Shown here: positions 29,997 through 41,317 of the stretch, piece by piece | How the letters are laid out: each line of letters opens with the position of its first letter | Numbering within the stretch: position 1 is the first letter of the stretch | Assembly (NCBI GenBank): GCA_001662655.1 | Contig: KV460272.1 | DNA from: Pseudogymnoascus verrucosus | Lineage: Eukaryota | Length of the DNA stretch: 64,000 nucleotides | Reading direction: 5' to 3' (one strand) | Translations under genes and position numbers: made by a program | The notes under the pieces: generated by a model | Databases searched by the model: none | Told to the model about the DNA's origin: nothing | The model's input: only the letters and a program-made list of their open reading frames with translations

Positions 29997-30738
29997 ATGA
30001 TTGCGACTACATATCTTACTCCTGCTATTCTCGCCCTTGCCTCATTCAATGTGGTAACAGGTGCCGCTATCGACTCTATTAAAACCCCCGAAGTTATCCC
30101 CGGCCCAGGATTGCCTAGCTTGAAAGAACTTGGCCTCACATCTGCGGACCTTTACAAAATAGGGAGACCTGATTCATGTATGAGAAAAGCCCTCAACCTG
30201 GCCAAAGCGTGCTGAATGCTGACTATCATAGCTGTCAAAGAGTCCTCGGGCGATGACTCTGTCAAGACTTCCTCGATCCAAGCAAGATTTGAGCCCAGAT
30301 GCGGCCCAAGTGATTATGCATATACAAATGTTAACGAGGTAATTGCATGCTACAATTATCTCAAGGCACTTGGCAACCAGAACTGTGTTGCCCCATCTGG
30401 CTTGGGCATTGCCCACTTTTGTTACGCAGGTTCGGCAGAGATCACTGGGCAATCTTTGAACCCAAGTGGATCTTCCTCATACTGGTAAGTATTTTACCTC
30501 CCACTTAAAAACGCCTTGTTATATATGCTAACTATATATTGTAGCCATCACGTGGCCGATGCAGTGCTATGGACTGTCGACCACTGCACCCGTCCAGATC
30601 AATCAGTTGCAGGTAAGTTTGTGTTTATCAGGATTTAAAAGAGCAAATCTAATATTGTCAAAAGGATTCCAAGCTGCTACCGGCAACGGTGACCTGATCG
30701 TTGGGTCCACTAGCAAACAGTACATTGGATCTAAGTAA
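29997..30738 (+). CDS. Small secreted cysteine-containing protein (3 introns)
   Basis: Signal peptide, EVIPGPGLPSLKELGLTSADLY pro-region, Cys-rich mature part CGPSD..ACYNYL..C..FC..C..C, stop at 30736-30738. Confidence 0.8.
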
Positions 30739-31450
30739 GCAGACAGAGTGTTGAGGGAGATGGCCGGTTACCTACTCTTTATTGGGATGAGCCATTCATT
30801 AACCCGCGGCCCACGCCACTGTTGGCGATTGACGGATTGCCTTTTGGCATTATGCACAATAAATTGGTGGTTCCGTGCATCCAGTTCGATATCATAGATT
30901 CGACTAGACACTTAATATATCCTGTTTAGAAAAACTGTACTGAATTTATGCCCAACGTGACCTAATATTATAATACCACTGTTTGCTACATGCGAAGAGA
31001 GCATCTCTTTGAATATAAAAATCTCGTAGCATAAATTTAATTAACAGGGAGATGGCACAATGAGCGGCGCAAGCAAAGTGGCACACGAGTGAAGCGGTCA
31101 ATCCAAACGCATCCCCCAAAAAACGACGATTTCAACTTTGAAAACACAATTAGGGTTATTTGCCTAGAATAATTAATACACATGTTTATAAACCATTTAG
31201 CTGCAAATATAGCATGAGTTGAGGGCTGTCGTTGAAGTTGTAAAATGGCTTATGTAATCACAAGAATTTAGGTACAGGGTGCAACGGACAAGGCTGACAG
31301 ATCTGGGGGTCCACTCTTTCCCCAACTCCACAATATCGACGAGACAGCCTGGCCACCAACGCAGATAAACATTGCACGGCGACAGCGACTATGTTGACTG
31401 TCGAGGCTTCTCCCGCAAATGACTCAAGCTGCTAGATACTGTTTGCCTCG

Positions 31451-34132
31451 ATGGCTCCCCCGACGAAGAGACCGAGGCGCAATGTAGTTGTTTCGAGCTC
31501 ACCTTCTGCGCCGAAGGGCGACAATGGCAGCGATGATGAATATACACAGAAGGGAGCCGCAGCACCGATACGGACAATCGACTTTAATTCGTCTCCCATC
31601 GAGGAGCCTTCGCCGTTTGTGAGGCCGACGCGATCATTGAAGCAACCTCCCACGCCGACCAAATCGCGACAATCGACTCTGACCAGCAATGGCCAGCGGA
31701 ATACTACGTCGCTTCTCCCCAACCAGAGCCGCGCTGCTTCTAGCAGGAAGAGCGCCAGCACAAGCCCGGAGAAGCCGAGGGCTAGGGGAAAGCCGGTGGA
31801 GAAGGGGAAATCGAAAAGCCTGTATACGTTCTTCTCGACACAAGTCCAGAAACAGCAATCCCAGGGTGCACGCCCAACCGGAGAACGAAACAGAGAGGCA
31901 CTAGTCGAGGAGGATGAGGGGATATCGGATGAAGACGAGGTACCGGAAAGCAAGGCGAAGATTAGTAGCTCATTTGCTGCTGCGGCAGCGAAGCGGACAC
32001 GGGATGATATGGAGGGGGGCGTGGGCGTTATAAGTGGGAGCCAGAGGTTCATGAGGCCGCCAGTGCCGGTGCAAGCAAATAAAAAAGAGGGGGATTCCAG
32101 ACCGTGGGCAGACAGATTTGCGCCAATGGATTTAGATGAGTTGGCAGTTCATAAGAAGAAGGTATCAGATGTTGGAGGGTGGCTTGAAGCAGTTATGGAG
32201 GGGAAGCTACGGCAACGGTTGTTAATCCTCAAGGGAGCTGCTGGAACAGGAAAGACAACAACTGTGCAGCTCCTGGCGAAATCAATGGGAGCAGAAATTC
32301 TCGAATGGCGGAACCCAGCCGGATCAATGGCGTCAGACGAAGGGTTCGTCTCTATGGCAGCCCAGTTTGAAGAGTTCATGGGCCGTGGCGGAAAATTCGG
32401 ACAGCTGGATATATTCTCTGAAGATGAGCCTACTCCGCCTTCGACTTCGGTTGTAAAACCGCTCGATAGGAGGAAAAATATCATCCTCATCGAAGAATTC
32501 CCAAACACGATCACGCGCGCGTCCACAGCGCTGCAGAACTTTCGCTCTACTCTCCTCCAGTACCTCGCCGCGAACACCCCCTCCCTTGCAGACATGTACA
32601 CTCGCCCCAACGCCGCCACTGCGAAAGCCCCCATCATCCCTCTTATAATGGTCATCACCGAAACTCTACTCACCACGACCGCTACCACGGATAGCTTCAC
32701 TGCACACCGTCTCCTCGGCCCAGAGATCCTCCATCACCCTGCCGTCGCAACAATTGAATTCAACCCTGTCGCGCCAACGCTTCTCGCGAAAGCCCTCAAT
32801 CTGACGGTACAGAAGGAAGCCCGCGCATCCGGCCGCCGAAAGACCCCCGGACCGCTCGTCCTCAAGCGTCTCGCAGAGATAGGGGACGTACGCAGCGCGG
32901 TATCGAGCCTCCAGTTTCTATGTTTGCGCGGCGAAGAGGGAGATTGGGGTGGTAAAGTCGCGTTTTCGGCAAAGGGGAAGAAAGCCGCAGGAAGGGAACA
33001 GCCAATGACGAAGATGGAGGAGGAGAGTCTGGAGCTTGTTACGAGAAGAGAAGCGAGCCTGGGGATATTCCACGCTGTGGGCAAAGTTGTGTATAATAAG
33101 CGTGATACTCCCCCGACCGAGCAGGATATGCGGGCGGTTGAGATGCTACCACCATACCTTGCGCACGCGGCACGCCCACGGCCTTCACAAGTTAACTCAT
33201 CAGAACTTATTGATGAGATGGGCACGGACACGTCCACATTCATATCTGCATTGCATGAGAACTACATCCTCTCGTGCGACCCTCCAGCATCCTACGCGGA
33301 AGACTCATCAGACCTCGTCCACGCAATTGGTTGCATCGACGCCCTCTCCGACGCTGATCTCCTAACCCCTTCATGGGAATCGGCCTATGGCCAAGGTGGA
33401 GCGGGGGACGTGGCAAGACAGGATGAACTGGCCTTCCAGGTCGCTGTCAGGGGACTCTTATTTGCGCTGCCAGATCCAGTGAAACGACGGGGTGCGCCGG
33501 GGAGGGGCGGGCGAGGTCGGGGTGGCGGTGGCGGTGGCGGTGGAGGTGGGGATGCATTCAAGATGTTCTACCCGACAAGCCTCAAGCTGTGGCGCCAGAA
33601 AGAAGAGATAGGAAGCCTTGCCGATCTCGCTGCATCGCGCCTTTTACGGCGGGAAGATGGCGCAAGTACTACCAGTTCTGCGGCAGTAAATAGGGAAGTG
33701 GGCACGGTTGAAGGGTGGCGCCGCGACGCTTTTGCATCGTCTGCTGCTGCTACAGTTACGGAGGGAGGTGAACCAGATGCACCGTCGCCATCGCTTGTGG
33801 GGCTTGGCGCCTCGGCGCGGACGGAGATGCTGCTGGAACGATTACCGTATCTTTTTGCTATCCACGTGTCGCGGACACGTAGTGTAAGCCTTCCGCTGCC
33901 AAGGGCGGAGATGGAGAGGGTGGTAAAGTTTGTTGGGATTGGGGGCGTGGCAGAAGATGACGAAGATGGTGTGGGCCTTGTAGTGGATGTGGATGGGAAG
34001 GGGGAAGGTAATGAGAGAAAGGTCAAGATCTTGCGCCCTGGGGCAGCGGGCGTGGGAAGGGGGCTGGAAGAGCGATTTGGTGCCTTGAAGGCGGGTGGGA
34101 CGGTGCTGAGCGATGATGACATTGAGGATTAA
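31451..34132 (+). CDS. rad17: Cell-cycle checkpoint clamp-loader subunit Rad17 (yeast Rad24 homolog)
   Basis: PWADRFAP..LDELAVHKKKV, Walker A GAAGTGKTT, ILIEEFP, GDVRSA, LGIFHAVGKVVYNKR, LHENY. 893 aa, intronless. Confidence 0.93.
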   Translation: MAPPTKRPRRNVVVSSSPSAPKGDNGSDDEYTQKGAAAPIRTIDFNSSPIEEPSPFVRPTRSLKQPPTPTKSRQSTLTSNGQRNTTSLLPNQSRAASSRKSASTSPEKPRARGKPVEKGKSKSLYTFFSTQVQKQQSQGARPTGERNREALVEEDEGISDEDEVPESKAKISSSFAAAAAKRTRDDMEGGVGVISGSQRFMRPPVPVQANKKEGDSRPWADRFAPMDLDELAVHKKKVSDVGGWLEAVMEGKLRQRLLILKGAAGTGKTTTVQLLAKSMGAEILEWRNPAGSMASDEGFVSMAAQFEEFMGRGGKFGQLDIFSEDEPTPPSTSVVKPLDRRKNIILIEEFPNTITRASTALQNFRSTLLQYLAANTPSLADMYTRPNAATAKAPIIPLIMVITETLLTTTATTDSFTAHRLLGPEILHHPAVATIEFNPVAPTLLAKALNLTVQKEARASGRRKTPGPLVLKRLAEIGDVRSAVSSLQFLCLRGEEGDWGGKVAFSAKGKKAAGREQPMTKMEEESLELVTRREASLGIFHAVGKVVYNKRDTPPTEQDMRAVEMLPPYLAHAARPRPSQVNSSELIDEMGTDTSTFISALHENYILSCDPPASYAEDSSDLVHAIGCIDALSDADLLTPSWESAYGQGGAGDVARQDELAFQVAVRGLLFALPDPVKRRGAPGRGGRGRGGGGGGGGGGDAFKMFYPTSLKLWRQKEEIGSLADLAASRLLRREDGASTTSSAAVNREVGTVEGWRRDAFASSAAATVTEGGEPDAPSPSLVGLGASARTEMLLERLPYLFAIHVSRTRSVSLPLPRAEMERVVKFVGIGGVAEDDEDGVGLVVDVDGKGEGNERKVKILRPGAAGVGRGLEERFGALKAGGTVLSDDDIED

Positions 34133-34632
34133 CTTCGTTTTAATTTGCTTTAGGGAGTGGAGTTGGTTTGGTAACCGCTCGTGGGGCCAGGAATTTTAAT
34201 TACTGTATGCGTATGTATATGGAGAGGGAGTTTATATTGTGGAATTTATGTTATTTATACTTGTACCCTGTCTCCTGATATTCGTGATGTCTGTAAAGGT
34301 TTGAATGAGGGCTGAAACATATAACAGTGCGTCGTTCTCTCACATTCCATGTAGTAAGCGCTAAACAAGCAACGTCTCACCAAAGAGCCACCTACTACAC
34401 TACATGAAGAATAAGAGTGCCAAGACAGACGCAACCCCCTGGAAGCCACCAGCATCATAGCGGGGTCTCCCGCCGCATAAGCTTCTCTTTGAGATGTTCC
34501 CTAAGATATATCGCTTGGTTTGCCATAATTCATATATTGAATGTACGAGAAACTCTTTAATGCTGATCCGTTCGTTCCTATAAGAGGAAAACGTTAGCAC
34601 CCACTTTCATAACCTCCTACCTCAACCTCAAA

Positions 34633-36111
34633 ATGGAATACAACGGCCTCCCAAACGAGGTTCTTGACCGAATATGCTTCTATCTCTGCTTCCACTGCCA
34701 AAACCCCGGCATTTTCCCTAACTCGGACACCGCAGAGAACCGAGCCGACAAAGCCGCGCTCACTGGCCTTTGCCGCTCATCGAAGCGTCTAAACGCCGTC
34801 GCACAACCCATCCTCTTCCACTACTATGCCGCCGGCAACCTCCCCCGGAAAGTCAACACCGACTTGGGCAGGACCCGCCAGTTCTTTGGTGAAGAGGACG
34901 ACAAGCTGCCTCTTTTTGTCCGCACCCTCGTCGCACGCCCCGATCTCGCTGCCTGCATTACATCCCTCCAGCTCCAAACCTGTAACGCTGGTACCGGCTG
35001 CCCGCCCGAGATTCTCAACAGCTTCGCCCGGGCCAGCAAGGAGCTAGGCCTCGCAACCCCGACGCCCCTGTACCCAGAGTCCAACAAGTACCGCACCCTC
35101 GCCACACGCTATCGACGTAACATCCACCGCTGGCTACAAGCGCTTTCCATCGCGCTCACGCCGCGCCTCGAGATGCTCCTCCATGTCCTTGAGGACGTCA
35201 CGCCATATGACTATTTTGAAGACTCGAGCGTTGAGCTACCAGCCCTCAAGACGGTCGCGCTGCGTGGGTCGCATGCTGACTATGACCTGCACGATGTCGG
35301 ACCGCTGGTCGCCGCGGCACCGAACTTAGACACGCTGTATGCTCTCGACTGCGGTGACCCGGTGGAAAGTCAGTCATGGCTTCCCCTGGGGAGGCTGCGC
35401 AGGATTGTGGTGGAGGGGCTTCGCACTGGAGATCTGGCTGAGGTGCTGAGTGGCTGTCACTCGCTGCGGGATATGGAGTACTATATGTACAGCTGGGTGG
35501 ATAGTGTGCCTGTGATGAGGGCACTCGCTCCAGTGAGGGCGGACCTTCGGAGGCTCTGTCTTAGCCGTCTACCGTCATTGACAAAGAATTATCATGATAT
35601 GCTGCCAAGTCACGACGCAGTTTTCATACCATCCCTGTACAGCTTCGAGCAACTCGAAGACCTCGTTATCGACCAGGTAATCGTCTACAGCAAGCAAAGT
35701 GTCCCGGCCGACACGGGCCGACTCACAAGTTTTCTACCGCCCTCAATCCGAAGTGTGCATCTCACCTATGTGTACAAGGCTATGAATGCCGACCTGCTGC
35801 ATCTCGCTGCGGCAGCCTCATCCAGCTTTCCGAACCTCCACAGCGTGAAGATTGGTTTCGTGGATGTGACGCCCGCTAGAGAGGCAGAGATGGAACAGCT
35901 ACCGGTGGTGGAGGCGGCGTTTGCAGAGTCTGGCGTGCGGTTAACGTGGGGAGAGGATTTCACAGGCCCGTATTTGTATACAGTGATCCCGGGAGGGGCG
36001 CCTGGAATGACAATCGCTCACGTGAATACGACGGTTCCGGGAGGCGAGCCAGGCACAACAGTGGTTCACGTGCCGGCCGTTGCAGATAGTGTCCATTGTA
36101 GCTGTAATTGA
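34633..36111 (+). CDS. F-box-like/leucine-rich-repeat hypothetical protein
   Basis: N-terminal LPNEVLDRIC..., AALTGLCRSSKRLNAVAQPILFH, and repeated LxxLxL segments. 492 aa. Confidence 0.7.
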   Translation: MEYNGLPNEVLDRICFYLCFHCQNPGIFPNSDTAENRADKAALTGLCRSSKRLNAVAQPILFHYYAAGNLPRKVNTDLGRTRQFFGEEDDKLPLFVRTLVARPDLAACITSLQLQTCNAGTGCPPEILNSFARASKELGLATPTPLYPESNKYRTLATRYRRNIHRWLQALSIALTPRLEMLLHVLEDVTPYDYFEDSSVELPALKTVALRGSHADYDLHDVGPLVAAAPNLDTLYALDCGDPVESQSWLPLGRLRRIVVEGLRTGDLAEVLSGCHSLRDMEYYMYSWVDSVPVMRALAPVRADLRRLCLSRLPSLTKNYHDMLPSHDAVFIPSLYSFEQLEDLVIDQVIVYSKQSVPADTGRLTSFLPPSIRSVHLTYVYKAMNADLLHLAAAASSSFPNLHSVKIGFVDVTPAREAEMEQLPVVEAAFAESGVRLTWGEDFTGPYLYTVIPGGAPGMTIAHVNTTVPGGEPGTTVVHVPAVADSVHCSCN

Positions 36112-36177
36112 TAAAAGGGTAATGTCACCCCAAGGCAATAATTGTCATCTTCGTTTCTCGGATAGAATGCTCATAGC

Positions 36178-37591
36178 TTATAAATTATTCAGCCATGGAT
36201 CATCAATCAGCTCCTTAGCCGTCTTTCTCTCCTCCGGCATCCACCGCACCATCCCACTCGAAAAAGTCAGAAATTTCCTCTTTTCCTCCCCTTGTAGATT
36301 CTCCTCTTCATCTTCTAAAGATGTTTCTTCCACTTTGACGTCTCTCGTAAAGTCTCCTAAACAACGTAAGTTTATCATCCCCTAGTAGAACTCAATAGCT
36401 CACCATCCTCATCAAAAAACATATCTGAGAATTGCCCTCGCTTTAACAACTCCTTCGGTGGCGGCCCCAGCAACGCAATCATCCTAGCAATGTGCGCAGG
36501 GACCGATTCCATCCTGCTCGGTAGCCGTTCCTTGAACATGTGTTTCCCCTCATATAAGTCCCATACCTAATCAACCGATTAGTGACATTTTGAAGTTAAC
36601 CATATCGCAGCATTACACTCACCATTACACTCACCATCATTCCCACAGCCCAGATATCTATTTTCTCATTCCAGGGTATACCAAGCACAATCTCAGGCGC
36701 TCGATACAGATACGGCATTACCTCGCCCTCATACGTCTCAGCTCCGAACTGCGCGTCGCCAAAATCACAGAGCACGTTATGGGAGGCGTCGTCAGGGATA
36801 TCAAGCGCGCGCGACGCGTAAATGATACGCTCTCCATCTACCTTCCGCAACCTGGGCTCCTCCATCTCCTCCTGCTCGAAAGTCTTGAAGATGATGTCTT
36901 CTTTGACGGCGATCATGATATTACCTTCTTGGATATCTGTACCGTATACAATAAGCTCATGCGAATGCTCGAGGGAGTACTGGATCAACTTACCGGTATG
37001 AACGACATGCGCCTCAGTATGCAGGAAATCTAGAGCATATAGCAGGCACTTGGTAAAAGGCCTTTGTAGGTCTATGGAGACCTTTTCCCCGTCGCTCATC
37101 TCGCGGATTTCGCCCAAGGTGAGACCCAGTGCGTCGTGGATGAGGCATTCATGCGGGCCGCGTTTCCCTGGAAGTTGAAATGAGACTCGGAGAGAGCGGA
37201 TGCCCGTGACGCCCGGGTGGTCAGTCTTGATGGTTCTCAGATGGTGGAACCGTTTCTTCATTCTCGGCTTGGCGGTGGCCGCTGACGAAGACCTTCAATG
37301 TGACATATTCATGGCCTCTAATTATTCGGGTTAACTTCTGACAGTAAAACAATCATTGAGACGCACATACATTAGATCGCGGCAAAGCCAAGCTGTAGAA
37401 ACAGACCCAAATCCCAGCTTCCCGAGGACTTGGTACTTTGACTGGAATACTTCGCCAATTCGGACGTGGTAAAAATCGTCTGCCAAATACCACGAGAACG
37501 TCTCTTCCTCGAGCAGATAGGCGTCGTCTAGCACTTCAAACCCAGAGGTGGGCGGCTGCCGCTGTGGAGATGAAGCCCGGCCCGACTCCAT
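36178..37591 (-). pseudogene. SRPK-like (CMGC) Ser/Thr kinase with frameshift near 37250
   Basis: KYQVLGKLGFGSVSTAWLCRD, YVTLKVF, VVHT/DIQEGNI, LCDFG, YRAPE, DIWAVG. After splicing, the exon-2 frame (..QAENEETV) hits TGA while the kinase continues in another frame (HHLRTIKTDHPG). Could be an assembly error. Confidence 0.75.
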
Positions 37592-37796
37592 GGTGGATAT
37601 TTAATATGGAAGATTGGGACACACGAATGCTGCAACGCAGTCAGCAGCAGGGTATCTCCCTGAGCTCGCTAAAACATATTTTCTAATCTGAACTGTCATT
37701 TAACACAAAGCACGAGATTGTAACTTGCATCCATATTTTAATGTCCCTTTCATCCATTAACTTTCCCCATCTCACTCGTTCCATATCATCGCCACC

Positions 37797-38459
37797 ATGC
37801 GCTTCTCCGCCCTATCAATCGCAGTTCTAACACTTGTTGGAGCCCACTCCCCCGCCCTCACCAAGCGCACAAGCCCAAGCCTCAGTCTCACCGACGCCGA
37901 CGCGATCCCTGCCTTCAACCTGCCAACCCTAATCTCAACAGAAAATGTCGAGGCCAACACGCACAACATTGAGGCCATCCGTGCTACACTCGCCCTTTAC
38001 CCCCTCGCTATCGACGGCAAGAACTTTGACTCCCTCTCCCGCATCTTCGCGCAGAACGCAGTCGCAAACTACTCCGCGCCATTAAATGTCCTAACCCCGC
38101 TATCAACAATCCAATCGGTCTTAAAATCCAGCCTAAATCCCGTGACCACACAACATTCTTTTGGGACCCAGCTGATCGATATTCTATCCCACGACTCAGC
38201 CTTCTCAGTGACATACTACACGGCGACGCATTTTGGGAGGGGGACGTTTGGAGGGAAAACGGCCACCGCATTTGGACAGTATCAGGATGTGTGGAAGAAG
38301 CAACAGGATGGGAAGTGGAAGATCACCCATAGAAATTTGATCTACATGGTAGGTACAAGCCGCTACTCATAGACTGAGTCGCGCATATTGAGGTTTGTAT
38401 TGACTTGATAATAGGGCCCACTTATTGGCGACCTAACTATATTTACTTTCACTGAATAG
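37797..38459 (+). CDS. Secreted SnoaL/NTF2-like domain protein (1 intron)
   Basis: Signal peptide; IRATLALYPLAIDGKNFD, TQHSFG, GQYQD..WKI..R pattern. Intron 38349-38414. Confidence 0.8.
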
Positions 38460-38944
38460 ATGCATTACAAGAAACCTATCTATCAGACTGGTGTTATATT
38501 CCCCCCCAAAAAACGTATTAGTCGCTCCTATAGGCATAGCTATACCGGGGTTTTGAGGCGCGAGAGTCACGACGCTTAATATAAGATTCTAAGTATAGCT
38601 TCAATATGATACTTTTACAGCAACTGAAGACTAGATTCGACCTACAGTCTTCTTATACCTATTTATGTAGTATAGCCTCCTTAGATCTGAGTACTGTGAA
38701 GTCGATCTTGGTAAAAGATGGTGAGAGCTTGCGATCAGCGGAAACAAGTCAACTCGACTATCTACGACGGACTAATATTCTCGACTCGAAATGAAAGGTT
38801 TTATCGATCTGGCTAATGAGGGACCATTAAGTAGTATATGTAGGCTGTGCAGCGAATGAGGAGAGGGGGGTATGTTATCAGGCGTATCAGCGGAAAGTCA
38901 TGCAGGACCTAGACTGAAGAACACTCGTTATTGGTATTTGCTCC

Positions 38945-40817
38945 CTATTGTCTACGCATCCGCATGTCTTCAATTATCTCTTTAGTAACGCGGCTACGCT
39001 CCATAAGACCTGTGTTCACATGAGTAGGATCCATATGAGAGTCTTGGATAGAAAGCGGCCACGACGACAGGTCATAGACGTCTTCCTCTAGCTCCTTGTC
39101 GTCCAGAGCTAGTGCATGCTGTAATAAGAATTTAACCATCCATTTGTCTAAGCGGTGGGTGTTTGAGGTCTCTGATCGCAGACAACTCCGTTGAAAGACT
39201 ATCAGTCGATTAATCTATGGCAAGTCGTTAGAGTTTCACACATATGCCAGTAAACCCTGAGTAAAATGACTTTATTGTAGGCACAAAAAAAAAGTATTCG
39301 AAAGATAAACACTTACCATAAGCTCCACGCTTGGCCAGTACCGGCGTAATTGCACCAGCGACTCAAAATTAGATTCAATGCGCTGTCGGATATAATCCAC
39401 CTCATTAGGATCACCAAAAAGGAAGGAATGTAGCAACACTGAAGATGAAACAACAGTAACATGGCCGACGATATTGTAGAGTGCTTCTGCTCCGCCATGG
39501 TTACGTGAAGCTTCCAAGATTTCAGAAAAAAGTGTAGCGTGGTGTTTACAGCGCTGGGCATATGCCGCACCATTGGTTGTGAATGGCCGATTCCGATCAA
39601 GATACTGATAATATAGTAGGGTAGCGTAGTGATTGTATCCAAGATGTAGCGCTATAAAGTTACGGCCAAGGCCGCGTTCCACCTGTAGGGTTAGGTTGCT
39701 TAGAGAGTATCTCATAGTGGTCGGAAGGCTCTCCTCAAAGGCAGTTAGCTCTACAGCGGACTCGCGGACAGCGTCTTCAATGGCTTCCTCTTCCCAGATA
39801 GTTGATATGATAATTCGCTTGGTAAGGTCGGAAATATGGCTGTATATGGTAGCCATCTTAACATTATAGCCCCAAAACCCTGGCCTCCATTCAGAAGCTG
39901 GGACATCAGGGTCACCTGGCCGCATGTTTAAAAATGCTTCCTCATCCATAGGGAGTCGAGGTGCTGCGTTTAATATGTCGAATTGACGAGGTAGGCCTGA
40001 CCCACCACTCGCCCAAGTGTCCACCAAATAGCATGTCCACCAGAGACGCAGTTTAGTCTCCCGTGTAATACCATCGTCAGCATCATTCAAGACACTTAGC
40101 TTAGCTATTTGAGCCATACGATTTGCTAAAACTAGCCACTTAATATTAGCTAGCCGCATATTTGTGTGCAGAAAATTTACTTCAACAAACCGAAATATAT
40201 GGACTCGGCATCTGGATCCGAATCCCCAAGACATATATTGCCAATAAGAATACAAGCTTGAATATTTTCAACGCAGGAATGCTCTAGGTCGGATTTTAAA
40301 TGGCGTTTTGCAGCTTCAGTAAAGCTGGGAGCTTGACTTCGGATTTCCGCATCATCTGAAAAACTACTCATATATCAGAAAATGCAGCAAAATGAGAGCT
40401 CGCAAATTGTTTGAGGCTGATAGGAATATAGGAAACCACGTCATCTTTAAAACACAGGAGAGCAAGAGGATATATTCCATACCGTGCACCTAAACCTAGT
40501 ATGCTAAAAAGCACAACTGGGGCGACAGAGCCATTGGCGACAGCCTCTCTTATGGATGGTTCATGGAATAGCGCATGGGGCTTGTCATGCATGTATCGAA
40601 GGTAGAGTTCGGTGAGCGTTTCAGCAACATTTTTTGGGATATCATCTTGGTTGAGTGGCGATGGACTTTTTGTAGATTGCGGCGATATGGTGGTTTTTGG
40701 AGGCACACGTGAACAGGGCAAATTCCGGTGAACGCATGAAGAGCATGCCGTAGGCCCACTCCAGATGTCACATCTCCTTTTGCCCTTGCGGCAGTGCTCG
40801 CATGCTTTTCCAGTCAT
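38945..40817 (-). CDS. Zn(II)2Cys6 transcription factor with fungal-specific TF domain
   Basis: ACEHCRKGKRRCD....ACSSCVHRNLPC, HDKPHALFHEP, ENIQACILIG, RETKLRLWWTCYLVDTW. Spliced 3' exons. Confidence 0.88.
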
Positions 40818-41317
40818 ATTATGTACAGTTGGCTCTGCTCAAGTAGCGCACATTCGACCAACCTCGGGCCACGAGGCCGCCTATGCGAAAATTTTAAGAA
40901 AATGCTGTAAGAAAAAGAGAGAACAGAAGGTGGATAGAATAGGACGTGTTAACAGTGTGGATTGAGCAGTTTCTGGGATGTGCTGTGGAGGGGTATTTAG
41001 ATGGGTTGTCGCGTTAATATGGTGGGGTTATTCGGTGAAAAGTGGAACTTGCCAGTTCTAGTATGCGGGGTTATGTACTAGAATTTCCGCGCTAGCCTGT
41101 TTCTCCCTAGCGGAAGGGTTCACTCCAAGACCAACATCTTCTTTCCTCTCAGGAGCTTTATATACGAGAGACAGCACACCAACTACCCGGCGATATATAT
41201 TTGTAAATAATATTTTTGCATTCTTGATTAACTACTCTCAATTCTTAGCCGACTAAAATATCTATAGACAACGTTGAGGCAACATGAGTCGCCTCCATAC
41301 CCGTGCCGTGTCCAATG

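Noticed and set aside
33490..33552. RGG/poly-Gly tract in Rad17
   Set aside because: Low-complexity loop typical of fungal proteins; no evidence of a separate function.
36611..36639. 12-bp duplication CATTACACTCAC (similar small duplications at 10772, 25715, 42305)
   Set aside because: Ordinary slippage duplications in introns or intergenic DNA.
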